Assembly (NCBI GenBank): GCA_964276515.1
Contig: OZ193910.1
Span: 2,294,001-2,358,000 of the forward strand
DNA: 64,000 nt
Direction of reading: 5' to 3'
Source: Gordius albopunctatus
Lineage: Eukaryota
A program made the position numbers and the translations under genes. Numbering within the stretch: position 1 is the stretch's first letter; each line of letters begins with the position of its first letter. Positions 11,736 to 23,366 of the stretch are shown here, piece by piece. The notes under the pieces are model-generated. The model was not told where the DNA came from. It searched no databases and saw only the letters and a list, made by a program, of their open reading frames with translations.

Positions 11736-13274
11736 ATTTTATCAAATAACCTGAATTAAGATTCAAATAGTTCTCAACTCTAAAGATTTATATAAAATAT
11801 TTTTTTAATTAGAACCTAGGCATAATTGCTTTTTTTAAATAGATATGGTAAATCCAATATCATACCCCATTATTATCTGAAAAAGGTGTTCCAAGTTACA
11901 GTAATTAAATGTGCTACTTTTATTTACCTAATTTATTAGAGTAATATGAGCTTTGCACCTAGCAGTCCTACTTTTTTAATGTCGAGGTATTTACAGATTT
12001 GCAAAAAAATAATAACCTCCTAGCTTCTTCTCATCTAAAAAGATAATTGTTAAAGTTGATTAATTTATACATGTATTACGAACAAATAAGGACATTGTAT
12101 CGAGCAAAAATTAAAAAATACCAATTAACTATTTGTTTATTTTGCTTTTACCATATTAAATTTATATTCCTTTCATAAATTTTGCCTCAATAAATATATT
12201 AGACCTCCGTATTAGGAGAATTTTTGCATATAAAGCGCTTAGTGGTTAATATAAGAGTTGAACGTTACAATTACACAATGCTGGATGACCATCTAAAGTA
12301 CCCAAAAGTAGACATATTTACATAACTCGGCTCCATGTTACACCAAGAACGAGGTTGCGTAAAAGATGTCAATGCACGGATTAAAAAGGATTCTTAAATT
12401 GCGAATTATAACGGGTTAAATGTGCGCCATGTAGATGAATTTGGTTGAAAAGCAAAGCTTACAAATCTCGAAAGACCAGTGTTACTAAATGGAAGTGAAG
12501 AAAGGGCATTACACGCCACGGAAGAAAAGTATTGCAGGCTACAGAGATGAGAATGAATGGGTGGAGCTTGGGACAATCTAAGGTCGACGATATGATGTAT
12601 GACTGTCTGAGAGTGAAAATAGGCATTCAACCTATGGAATTAAAACAACTAAAATCGCCTATGGCGGCATGATCATAGTGTTGTGAATGAACGCGTTTAA
12701 ATTTTTTGAAAAATTGCTGAACGGCGTGCCTTTTTTTGGGGGTGAACTTTGAACATGAACGCGTTCCTTTTTTGGATGAACGCGTTCAAATTTAACGTTC
12801 GTTCAATTTAAAATACCCTTTTTTATTTTTATTTATTTGGAAAATAATGTTGATCCAAATTTTGTAACAAAAAGTCTTATATTTTTTAATCAGCTGTTTT
12901 CCCTTTTTCCCATTACCTATTCCGAAATACTTTTAACATACCATAACGTGCAAAAGAAGATAGGATTAAAATTTATTAATTTGATATTATTAATTATATT
13001 TTAATTTATGGGTTAATATGGACAATCATCTTATTATATCGTCGAAATATCATTTTTTGACGAGGAAGTAAAGGGCGGATTGGAGGATGATAGCTTATCG
13101 CAATTTTTTGAAGCGAAGGACAAAAGATTATATTCTTTTAAAAATTTCCTGCTTTAAAAGATTTGTTTATTTAGTATCTCAAATCTCCTCATCTGCCCCT
13201 GTGGAGGGGTTTTTTAGTATAGCTAATGCTGTATTAACTGCCGTTCCTGCTTATCCGTTAAAAGTTTTGAAATA

Positions 13275-14437
13275 CTGGCCGGATCACACTTCAAAATATT
13301 CCTACCGAGTCCTGCTTTGTTAAATTAGATTTTGCCAATGCTTTTAACAGCATTCGAAGAGAAACCCTTATTAACACTTTTTTAGCTGAATTCCCACAAT
13401 TTCTAAATTACATTTTATTAAGCTATGGTTCTACAACCAAGCTTCGTTTCGGCGAATACGTCATTGACTCGTCCGAAAGCATCCAACAAGGAGATCCATT
13501 AGGCCCTCCTTTGTTTTTTTTAGCCATTCATAATTTATCGAGGCTATATCATCTCAGTGTACCCTGGATTTAAATGTTTGGCATCTCGACGACGCCACCC
13601 TATGCGGCCGCCCGGAGGAGATCAGTAAAGCTATACATATTATCAACAATTTTGAACCCACTCTGAATCTTAAATTAAACTCGAAAAAATGTGAAATCTT
13701 TCAGGCCCCCAACACTATTGACTTTACAATTTTTAAAACTTTTTTAGTTTTAGAGAAAGAAAACATATCCCTTTTGGGATCACCCATTGGCGGTGAAAAA
13801 TCTCTCTTAAATTTTCTTCATAAGAACCTTGAAATTTTAAAATCTAAAACGGAACTTTTAAAATGCTTGCCAGCGCATCACTCATTTTACATAATCAAAA
13901 ACTATTTTAACATCTCAAAGATTAATCATTGTTTTCGCTCATCTGGCGAATTTTTACACCCAGTCGTTTTAAAGTCGTACGAAGGCTTTTTAAAAACTTT
14001 ATTAGAAAAAATTTTAAATTTAAAATTTAATACTAACAATTGGATTCAAGCATCCCTCCCAACCAAATCTGGAGGATTAGGAATTCGCCCTCCCGGCAGC
14101 ATATCGCTAGCCGCTTTTATTTCCTCTTTTAAGTCGGTCAAAAACTTAATTTTTAATCTCATAAAACATGATTCCGACCCCCTGCTAACTCAAGCCTTGG
14201 AGCTTTGGAATTTGAATGTAACACCCGAGACCATATTGGGATTCTGGACTAGTATCGCGCTCCGTTGATTACCTTTTATCGAGCAGCGATGATAGCCAGC
14301 ATTACAACCTTAGGTCCCTCGCTTTTTTAGAAGAGAATGATATAGATCTTTGTATTTAACCAATATGTCTTTATTTTTGTATTTCGCTTATTTATGTAAC
14401 TTTGTTTCTTGAAAATAAACTTTTTAACAAAAAAAAA
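13275..14437 (+). mobile_element. CRE-like non-LTR retrotransposon, 5'-truncated and internally deleted copy
   Basis: Near-identical to the reverse complement of the 49859-51828 copy; RT motifs KLDFANAFN, QQGDPLGP, WHLDDATL; AATAAA + poly(A) at 14429-14437; lacks the zinc-knuckle/endonuclease block. Confidence 0.88.
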
Positions 14438-14494
14438 TTATTATTAAAAATTGATAAGAAATTTTTTTTATATTCGCTCTATTATATCTTATCA

Positions 14495-14937
14495 TAGACT
14501 AGATAGACTGCTCATCAACGCACAAAATTTGTACCTTTTTTTCCACCATTTTGAAAAGAGGATTGTAATGTTTTGATCATATAGAAATTAGTAATTTTCG
14601 CAAATTAAATAATTTTAAAAAGGTAAATAAAAAAATATTAAATTGGGTAGATATCAAAAACAGCATTTTAAAATAAATATCATTTAAAAAATACATAAAA
14701 ATTAAAAATGTAAAAACTGCGATTAAACTTTGTTTAATAAATATAGTGCCATCAATATTTTGTATAATATTAATTTATTGACGTTTTTTTAAATTTACAA
14801 ACTAGTGAGGAAGGTAAATTGACTGTTGTAGAGCAAAATTCATGGTTAAAATACACCTAATGCACTCTTCAAAATGGAGGAAAATTAGACACACAATTAA
14901 CCATATGCAACAGATGGCATGAGCAGTCTATAGTCTA
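14495..14937. mobile_element. MITE with TAGACT termini
   Basis: TAGACTAGATAGACTGCTCAT ... ATGAGCAGTCTATAGTCTA inverted ends; internal inverted block CCACCATTTTGAA / TTCAAAATGGAGG. Confidence 0.7.
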
Positions 14938-14941
14938 AGTA

Positions 14942-15692
14942 TCTTATATATAAAAATGAAACTATGTGTGTATATATGTACGCCGCCACCAATTTTGGAG
15001 AACTACCAAACCGATTTGGCTCAAATTTTCACAGTTCATTCCCCACACTCCGGAGCATGTTTTAAGATATGTTTGAGCCAAATCGGTCCAGTATTTTTTG
15101 AGTTAGTTTGTTTTATATGTTTTGCCGTTTAATAAAACGTCAATCAAACGCAACTTCATGACGTACTGCCTATTTAAATGAAACTATGTTAGTGTGATAA
15201 ATGTAGGCATGTGCTGCGGAAAATGGAAACTTTTTACGATTTGAAACATTAGATAAAAGCATGGGCGTACGCAGGTTTTGAATTAGGGGGGGGGGGCAGA
15301 TATAAAAAAAAATGGAGAAAAATGAAAATACAATTAACAAAACGCCAATAAATGTTGATATATTTCAGTTTTTCGGACATTATTAAGTTCAGAATTAAAA
15401 GTTTTATTCAGAAACAAATAATTATTATATTGTTTCTTAATTACAAAAAAATATAAAAAATTGTTGAAGGGCCAGGGGGCCAAAGATTTTTCCCTTTGGG
15501 GGGGGGGCATGGGGCCAGGTTTTCTCTCTTGGGTGGGCCTGGGCCTTGGACCCTCTTTAACTATTTGTTTAAAAATTATCAAACTTTATTTTTACTTCAA
15601 TAACCGCTTTATCATCATATATGCCCTAAAATTCCAACATAATTTAATACATCCAGGTAAATGGCAAAATAACGTTTGCCGGATTCATCTAG
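14942..15692 (+). mobile_element. Non-autonomous Helitron
   Basis: Begins TC after an A; ends with hairpin GGCAAA-ATAACG-TTTGCC followed by CTAG and then T (A|T target, no TSD); second copy at ~51919-52573. Confidence 0.8.
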
Positions 15693-15773
15693 TTATATTT
15701 ATAATATCGAAATAAACCTATTATTTTTTATCATGGCTAATATATTGTAAAAAATAGAAGACATTTATTTACA

Positions 15774-16102
15774 CAGTCAAAACCGTTTAATTGCAAAGCC
15801 TTGGACATGGAAAAAATTCGCGATTAACCGATATTTAGCGATTAAACGATGGGAAAAAAGTATATGTACATTATATAAAATATTCATTTCTTACGCTTCG
15901 CAATACAACGATATCTTAGATAATTATCTGGTTGATTTAAGGACTCGAAAATGTTTGTGAATATCCGATATTGTACTATTAAGCGATTTGTCAATAAACA
16001 ATGTTTTTGTTAATATTATTGTTTAAAAAACAAAATTGCGGTTAACTTCGCGATTAAAAGATTTTTGCGATAATCCGATTTGCGATTAAGAAGTTTCGAC
16101 TG
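15774..16102. mobile_element. Tc1/pogo-like MITE
   Basis: Inverted ends CAGTCAAAACCGTTTAATTGCAA / TTGCGATTAAGAAGTTTCGACTG followed by TA; internal GCGATTAA repeats. Confidence 0.65.
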
Positions 16103-17543
16103 TATTAAAAAAATTAACATAAAATTTTGAACGAACGTAAACGCGTTCCTTTTTTTTGAAAACGAACATGAACGCGTTCGATTTTTGTCGATGAACGTTG
16201 AACGCGTTCGATTTTTTGGAAAATCTTTACACCACTACATGATCAGATATTAAGAAGGGGCACGAATGATGTAAATCGAAAATTATTAAAGGGAAGAGAG
16301 ATGAGGACGACCCCGAGTTAAGTGGAATGGGCATTTAAACAATGGGAAAACTATTTATAAATTAAACAGGCCCGCCGGTAGGCGCGCCGAGGCAACTGAT
16401 AGATTTTATGGTGTGAATAAAATAGCCATACCATATGTGCGTGCGCTGCTAACTGTAGAGATGTAAAGTTGCTATTATGCTCCAACTTAGACGGAGCATA
16501 ATAAGCTCTGTCATCAAGAGGGGGGGGGTAAAATGCTTAAGACTTAAGATGTTAAGTTGCAACAGCAAATACAAGCTCAAGCAGTAGGAAATCTATTTCT
16601 TTTAAAAACACCTAAAATTTAATTGATTATTTCTATTATTATAACAATTAAAAATTATTTTAACTGAAACAGCGGAAAGAATACTATGAAATAAATGTGT
16701 ATTCTTATAAAGTTCAAGTGTTTAAATTTATAAATTTATCATGGAGTTAGAGTTTTAAATATAACGCTCTCCCTAATAAGTCGATAACAGATTTTTAAGG
16801 AGTTCATTTTGCTGAACACGAATATGTTTTTGGGGTTTTTCAATCTATCCGTTTATTAATTAGACACTTCTCTTTTTATAGCATAAATGTAGACTGTAGG
16901 CACATTACAAACAACTTTTTAAAGTGATTGTATTTAAATTTTATATTATTGTTCAGACACTGTATATTGCATAAATGGACCCATTTGGCAAAAGTACAAA
17001 TATCACTGACAACAAACCGCTGAACCATCTTGTATTTTCATAATATAAAAAAGTTCAGCTTAGAAGGTCTATGATTATAAAATAACAATTTGACAAAAGT
17101 ATAAATAAAGGATTTGGATATCTGTTCTTAGAAGTTATACGGTACAATGACTTAAGGTTAAAATTAAGTAAAACTTTATAAATATAATTAATGTCTTTAA
17201 ATTTCTAGTTATCTAAAGGAAGCTAAATTAGTACATTAAAATTGAATAAATTCTTTACTCAACACACGCACAAATTGTTGACGATTTTTTGCGTTCCAAT
17301 ATCTTACATTCCATCCAAGGATAATCGTAAAATATTTCCCCATAATGCTGAAAGCTTGCAATCCAAGTTCTTATAAATATGCAAATTTAAGCGTTATCTC
17401 TAAACTAAATATACAAAATAATAATTTTCGTTGAACAAATTTTAATTGCTATAATTTTGAAAGTCAGCTGATGGTGAATGAATATACATTCTTTCCTGCA
17501 TTCCTTTGGCTTCTAACAAAATATTCGTCTTATAAATCTTACG

Positions 17544-20024
17544 ATGGTTGCCAATGTTGTAAAATCGGGATACCTTAAACGATACGAAAGTATTTTACAT
17601 ATTCTAATATATATTTATAATCAACCTTAGAAAAATTGTTTGGGAAAGATTGGCGGGATGATTGGTTTGTGCTAAAGGATGATAGTACTTTATCATGGTA
17701 TAAAAGGCCAGATAGCACAGAACCTTTGGGTAGCGTTTTTCTAAAGAGTGTTGCTAATCTTATTGCAGTTGGAGACTATACAAAAATCGTAAGTTTAAAT
17801 ATATTACAATTTAGCCCTCGATTGATTATAAAGTGCTATATTCTATACTTTATTTCCATTAGGTCCCAAATAGACCTGATTTGCCATCAGGATACCTATA
17901 TAAACACCTTATTGCTTTGGGTACTGATAAAAAAAAGAAAGTCATTTGGGCTTTAACTGCTGATGATAATGACCTTAAGTAAACTATTATTATATAATAT
18001 ATATTAGGGTTAATTACAAATTGTTAAAAACAATACTCAATTTTTCTTTTTTACTAGCTCATGGATGAATGGAATAGTTGGAACTGTAAGTATATAATCA
18101 AATAAGTTTTAAATTATATATATATTTTAGCTTCCCCCTCCCCCTCAACCTCCTCAAAATCAAAATGGTCCTCAACCTACAGATTCAAAAAATCAACCAG
18201 CACAACTTCCATCTTCTGCACCCTATCCTGCAGCATCTGGGATACCTTCTAACACTAGTAAATTGCCATACAATTTTTGAGTTATCAAAATAAGCTACAC
18301 ATAGATTTTTTATTATTATGCTTATGATTTCAAAATAAGATAAAAGCTAAAAAAAATTGTTTGTATGACTATTAATTATTTTTTTTAATCCTTGATTTAT
18401 TATTGTTATATAGTTTTAATAACTGTTAAAATCTGATAAAAATAATCTATTTATTTTTGTTTTACTTATGCTTTCTTTTTTCTATTAAGAAATTAATAAT
18501 GCAGTATACATATTGATCTTTTTAAATTCTCTCTTAACTCCAAAAAAATAGAGGTTAAGCTAAGAGATGTTGTAACATTGCTTTAATCTTAATTGTAAGA
18601 TTCCTATATATATATATGCTGTTTACAATTATTGTTCATCATGTTTTGTAAAAAATATTTTTAAACCTGTGTATTGAGAAAACAATTATAGATGCTTGTA
18701 GTTAGTAAATTTATAAAAATATTATTTTACTAATTATATTAGTTTATATAAGCATAGCTTTTTAATTATGATTACAGATATTATAGATAGTCGGCAATAA
18801 TTATGCTTTAAGGCAAAATACCTATTGAAATATACCATGAAATTTGGTTTTAACAAAATGAATTTCCTCAATTTTCAATTAGGCATAGTTTTTATAGTTC
18901 AAAGGCGAGTGTTACTGTAGATTTTGATGCTCCTTTTTTCTATTTCAAAAATAATAGGTTATATTTAATAAAAATATGATTATGTATAAGCGGTTTCAAA
19001 TAAGCTTTATTTCTTCCTTTTATTAATCAAAATGGGCATATTATTCTTGAAATTTTGGCTTATAACAATAGGCAAAAACGCGGATATATTACTTATATAG
19101 CGCTTTTATAATTAAATGGATTATAATAGTGCTATTTCCTATATATTATTTTATCCAGGTGGCGTAGGCTACGATTTTAACCAAGGCAAAGGAACCCCGT
19201 CTTATCCCCAACAACCACCCCAATATGCTCCCCAACAGCCGCCCCAATACGGCTCCCAACAACCCCCTCACCCCGGGACATATGGGGCAGCCGCACCCGG
19301 TGCCGCCCCCACCGTCGTAATAGTCGACCGAGATAGGGGCGGCGGTGGTGGTGGATATTCCCGCGGAGGGGGTGGCGGTGGCATGCTCGGGGGTGGGGGC
19401 ATGGGCCTGGGGACTGGCCTATTAACTGGCGGCCTCCTGGGCTACGGATTGAGTAGCCTGACCCGTGGCGGTGGAGGTTGGGGCTCAGGCATGGGTTGGG
19501 GTGGTGGTATGGGCGGTTACGGAATGGGAGGCGGCTGGGGTGGCATGGGCGGTTACCCCGGCGGTGGTTACGGAATGGGAGGCGGCTATTCCGATAACGA
19601 CACCACGAACATTGTCAATAATTACAACATCGATAATACGGGCGGCGGTACCGGCGATTACGGTGCCGGTACCGGCCTCGGAAATGGCGCCGGCGATTAC
19701 GGTACGGGTGGTGGATTTTTTGGTGATGGGGGTGGAGCCGCCGATTATGGAGGGGCGACGGCCGGAGGAGGTGGGAGTTTCTTCGATACCGGTTACAACT
19801 CTAGCGTCGGGGGTGCTGGTGGCATGGACGATTACTACGGCGGAGGTGATAGCGGAGGCGGTGGCTTCTTCGGTGGCGGAGGGGGTGGAGGTAGCTTCTT
19901 TGGAGGTGGAGACAGCGGGGGCGGTGGCTTCTTCGGAGGTGGAGATAGTGGGGGTGGTGGCTTTTTCGGGGGTGGTGGCGGTGGTGATTTTGGGGGTGGT
20001 GGCGATTTTGGTGGAGATTTTTAA
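17544..20024 (+). CDS. PH-domain protein, evectin/PLEKHB-like, with Pro/Gln/Tyr linker and long Gly-rich tail; 6 exons, ~446 aa
   Basis: Exons 17544-17589, 17631-17788, 17863-17978, 18058-18085, 18131-18257, 19159-20024, all GT-AG and phase-compatible (1341 nt). PH motifs VKSGYLKR, WRDDWFVLKDDSTLSWYK, DLNSWMNGI; TVVIVDRD..LGTGLLTGGLLGYGLSSL resembles the evectin C-terminal glycine-zipper segment. Confidence 0.85.
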
Positions 20025-20732
20025 AGCCGCTGCCGCCTCCAACCATCTGTTTCCCCCATGGTCCACGAAAAAAATCTGAAATTGTTGTTACTTTTTGTCA
20101 AACCCCCACTCACCCCTGTACATATAAATTTGCGCTCGTTATCTTATTTATTACGCATCTAAGTATATTGTTCAACAAATTTGAATCGAATTCCTAACCT
20201 TGACGCTTGCATATAGAAAATTGTTTTATTTTCATTACCTTAAGTTATTAGTAGTTGTCTTGTGTCGAAATTTTAAATTTATTTAAGTCTGCCTTGTCAT
20301 CGGGCTTTTTCTTAATAACTCACATATGTAAATCGTGTTTTAGAATAGATATAATAAAAAAAACGTTATGCAAAGCTATTTATATTCTGCGTTCAAGTGC
20401 AATTATATGAAAGACCGCATGGAAACTCGTTCAACCTCGAATTTTTGTCCCATTTCTATATTGTTAATATATTATACTGCAACAAAAATTTCAAATAAAT
20501 TGGCTATATTCAAACTTTTATATGGAAAAAGCCTATTTAACGAAGGGGTTACATTACATTGGTTGCGTTACAATAATAATTATAACACTATAATGGTTAT
20601 TATTGATACTGGGCTTTATTTACTACGTAGTTTCATGGTAATAATAAGGTAATATTTATTGATTCCCTTTTCAAGTTGGTTTCATAGAAACGTAATAAGT
20701 CAAATAAATTATTGTAATCTCATTTTTAATAG

Positions 20733-21467
20733 TTAAAATGTTTATTTTCACGAAACAAAGTTACATAAATAAGCGAAATACAGAAATAAAGACAAATTGG
20801 TTAAATACAAAGATCTATATCATTATCCTCTAAAATGGGCCATGAGTCGCCAAAGGATTTAAAGTTGTATCGTACAACAAGAATCCCTAGTTGTTGCCTG
20901 GGTAAATAGGACGCAGAAATTTTAGATTTCGGGCTGCGTTTTCCGATTTCTTGAAAAAACCCCATTGCCTGTTTGCCAAAGGAACCGGAGCACGAGGCGA
21001 CATGGATAAAAATATTGGATGCCAAAAGGACAGTGTACTTTGTAGTTTTACGCCCTTCTGCTGTAGCGATGGGGTCGTAATTAAAATGGGAAGAGGCAAA
21101 TAGGTCAATACAAGTAAAATTCCATTTGAGGGATAAGCCATTTTGCCAGGGGACTAGAGAAGAGCCGTCAGGGCGCATCCTACCTTCAAGGGAGGGATCG
21201 GACGGCTCAAGGATTGAGGGGATTTTCGCCTTTTTAAGGTCAGTTTGAATTAATAAATTAGCTTTAGTGTGCCTAGCATATCTATATTTTTTTGCTAGGC
21301 GTAGGCAGTGTAGAGAGTACCTAGCGTATTTCGACAATTGAATTCTCTGCTGTAACTGATCCCCAGCTTTAAAGGAATATGATAGCTCAAAGTGTTAAGC
21401 AGCAATCCCAAAATTTTGCTGGAATAGGCTTCAAGCCATCAAAAGCGAGGGACCCAAGGTTGTAATT
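20733..21467 (-). mobile_element. CRE-like non-LTR retrotransposon, 3' fragment (restriction-like endonuclease)
   Basis: ORF 20801-21337 (HC..RH, EP..RPDG..VPWQNG) nearly identical to the C-terminus of ORF 49939-51036; same 3'UTR. Confidence 0.88.
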
Positions 21468-21899
21468 AGAGAACTGCACGGGTGACCCGATCGAAAATTT
21501 TAAAATGTCTTCGGGTTCGAAATTTAGAAATGCTTTCGGTTCGGGTTGAAAATTTTAATATGCTTTCGGGTTGGATTTAAAGTGTCGGGTCAAGGATTAT
21601 TTATCTTACATTGCAGAATACAGGGGAGGATATCTTTAAAAATAATGCTATTATGTATAATATTTTTTAATTTTTATTGATATTATAAGTGTAGATCATT
21701 CATTAAGTTAATTTAAATTGGATGTTATTTAAGTGCACAGTAAGAAATTAAAAAATGCGCAGTAAAATATACTCAGTAATATATTTAAATGTGCAGTAAA
21801 TTATTAAAAATTGCACAGTTAATTAAAAATAAATTGCTCAGTAATTAAATAAAATTGTACAGTTAATTAACAATAGATTGCTCAGTAATTTTGTAGCAA

Positions 21900-22090
21900 T
21901 GAGCATTGCTCAGTAATTTAATAACATAGCCTACCTCAATAATTTAATAAAATTGCTTAATAATTTGAATTGATAAGTAATTTTTGAGCATTGCTCAGTA
22001 ATTTAATAACATTGCTCATTACCTCAATAATTTAATAAAATTGCTTAATAATTTGAATTGATAAGTCGTTTTTGAGCATTGCTCAGTAAT
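21900..22090. repeat. Tandem duplication (~85-89 bp unit, ~2.2 copies) in the MULE subterminal region
   Basis: GAGCATTGCTCAGTAAT recurs at ~21901, ~21986 and ~22074 with the intervening sequence repeated. Confidence 0.75.
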
Positions 22091-23366
22091 CAAAACACAA
22101 CTTAGTTTTCAATAGAATTAATTGGTTAAAAAAATATATTATTTTAAAAAATGCCTAATAATCTTTACAAATTGTTCAATAATATTTAGATGCTAAATTA
22201 AAAAAAATAACACGTTTCAACAAGAAAAATTAACCGGCAAACTGTTTGCAGATTCTGGTAGAGTTTTTTTACGGTGAACACAAATATGATTTTAGTTTTT
22301 TACCTATACGTCAAGTTTTTTAAATATTCGCTGTCAAAGTTGCCAAAAACGCGATTTTAGCGTTTTTCAAACGTCAATAACTTGCAAATTAGTCGGTAAA
22401 AATTTTGTTTAATAGATTTAATTCGTAGATATGATGGAGAGGAATGTATTCACAATTTTTTTTATCCTAGCACTTTTACTTTTTAAATTAAATACAAAAT
22501 TAATTATCCCTATCTTTTACATTGACAAATTACACGAGACTTGAGGGCGCCCTCCCTTCTCTTTAACACTAGGAATTATGTGCGTGTTGTTGTTTTGGTA
22601 ATAGTAGTAGTAGAGTAGATAAAAAACAACACCATATTTTGCTGACAATATAAACATAAATAATTTTAAATAGATATATATATAGTGAACACTTTTTGCT
22701 GGAGCAACTTTTAATTAAAGCCTACCATTTGTTATAGTCAAGACACATAATTTAAGCTTACCATTATTGAATAATGAAGGCTGATTTGGCTTTTGAGCGT
22801 TTGCCCCTTTTTCTTTTTGCCCTAAAGGCACACACTTAGCTTCTTTAGTTGGTATGCAAAGTTTCAATTTAATTGCCAAACCCACTATATGTTTGCAAAT
22901 GTAGTGTTTGAAAAACACCGGACAATTACATTTACCCTCAAACCATTTTGTGGAATCATAGGGTAATTCACAGATCCATAGCTTAAAATTCCGCGTCTTG
23001 AATTCATCACATGTTTTGAAGTTTAGATTTTAGACATTGCTAATATCTTTCTCATTTATACTCCCGGTGCCTGATGGCACACAATATTCGGTAAAATCAA
23101 GTTGTTTTTTGATAGGCAGTGGCCATTAAAATTAGCAAATTGGTAGCTCTGAGTCCATAGCTTTAAATTGATAGTTGGTGATTTAATGAATTTTTTTGAA
23201 TGTTTACACTCGCATGACCATGTTTGGATCATGTCAATTGCTACCACTTTGAACCTATTGATTGTCATCCGTTCCCTCAACGTAAATTCATCTTTTATTA
23301 AACGATTAGTTGATTCCAGGGTACTATTGGTACTAGGGGTATAATGCCTATATCCTTCATACCATG

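Larger units (their letters stand above)
12676..16237 (+). mobile_element. Defective hAT transposon carrying four nested insertions
   Basis: TIRs TAGTGTTGTGAA / TTACACCACTA; perfect 8-bp TSD CATGATCA (12668-12675, 16238-16245); GAACGCGTTC subterminal repeats at both ends; dimerisation-domain relic SSAPVEGFFSIA at ~13185-13225. Confidence 0.88.
12250..16420 (+). mobile_element. Decayed RTE-like LINE 3' remnant, split by the hAT insertion (pieces ~12250-12675 and ~16246-16420)
   Basis: Manual translation KVDIFT*LGSMLHQERGCVKDVNARIK and RPVLLNGSE matches the post-RT region of RTE ORFs; coding-like sequence resumes after the second TSD. Confidence 0.6.

Noticed and set aside
16480..16505. Hairpin TTATGCTCC..GGAGCATAA
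   Set aside because: Isolated stem with no recognisable ncRNA or Helitron end context.
19465..20079. Overlapping alternative-frame and antisense ORFs (204, 193, 81 aa)
   Set aside because: Expected by-products of GGN-rich Gly codons lacking stops; no independent support.
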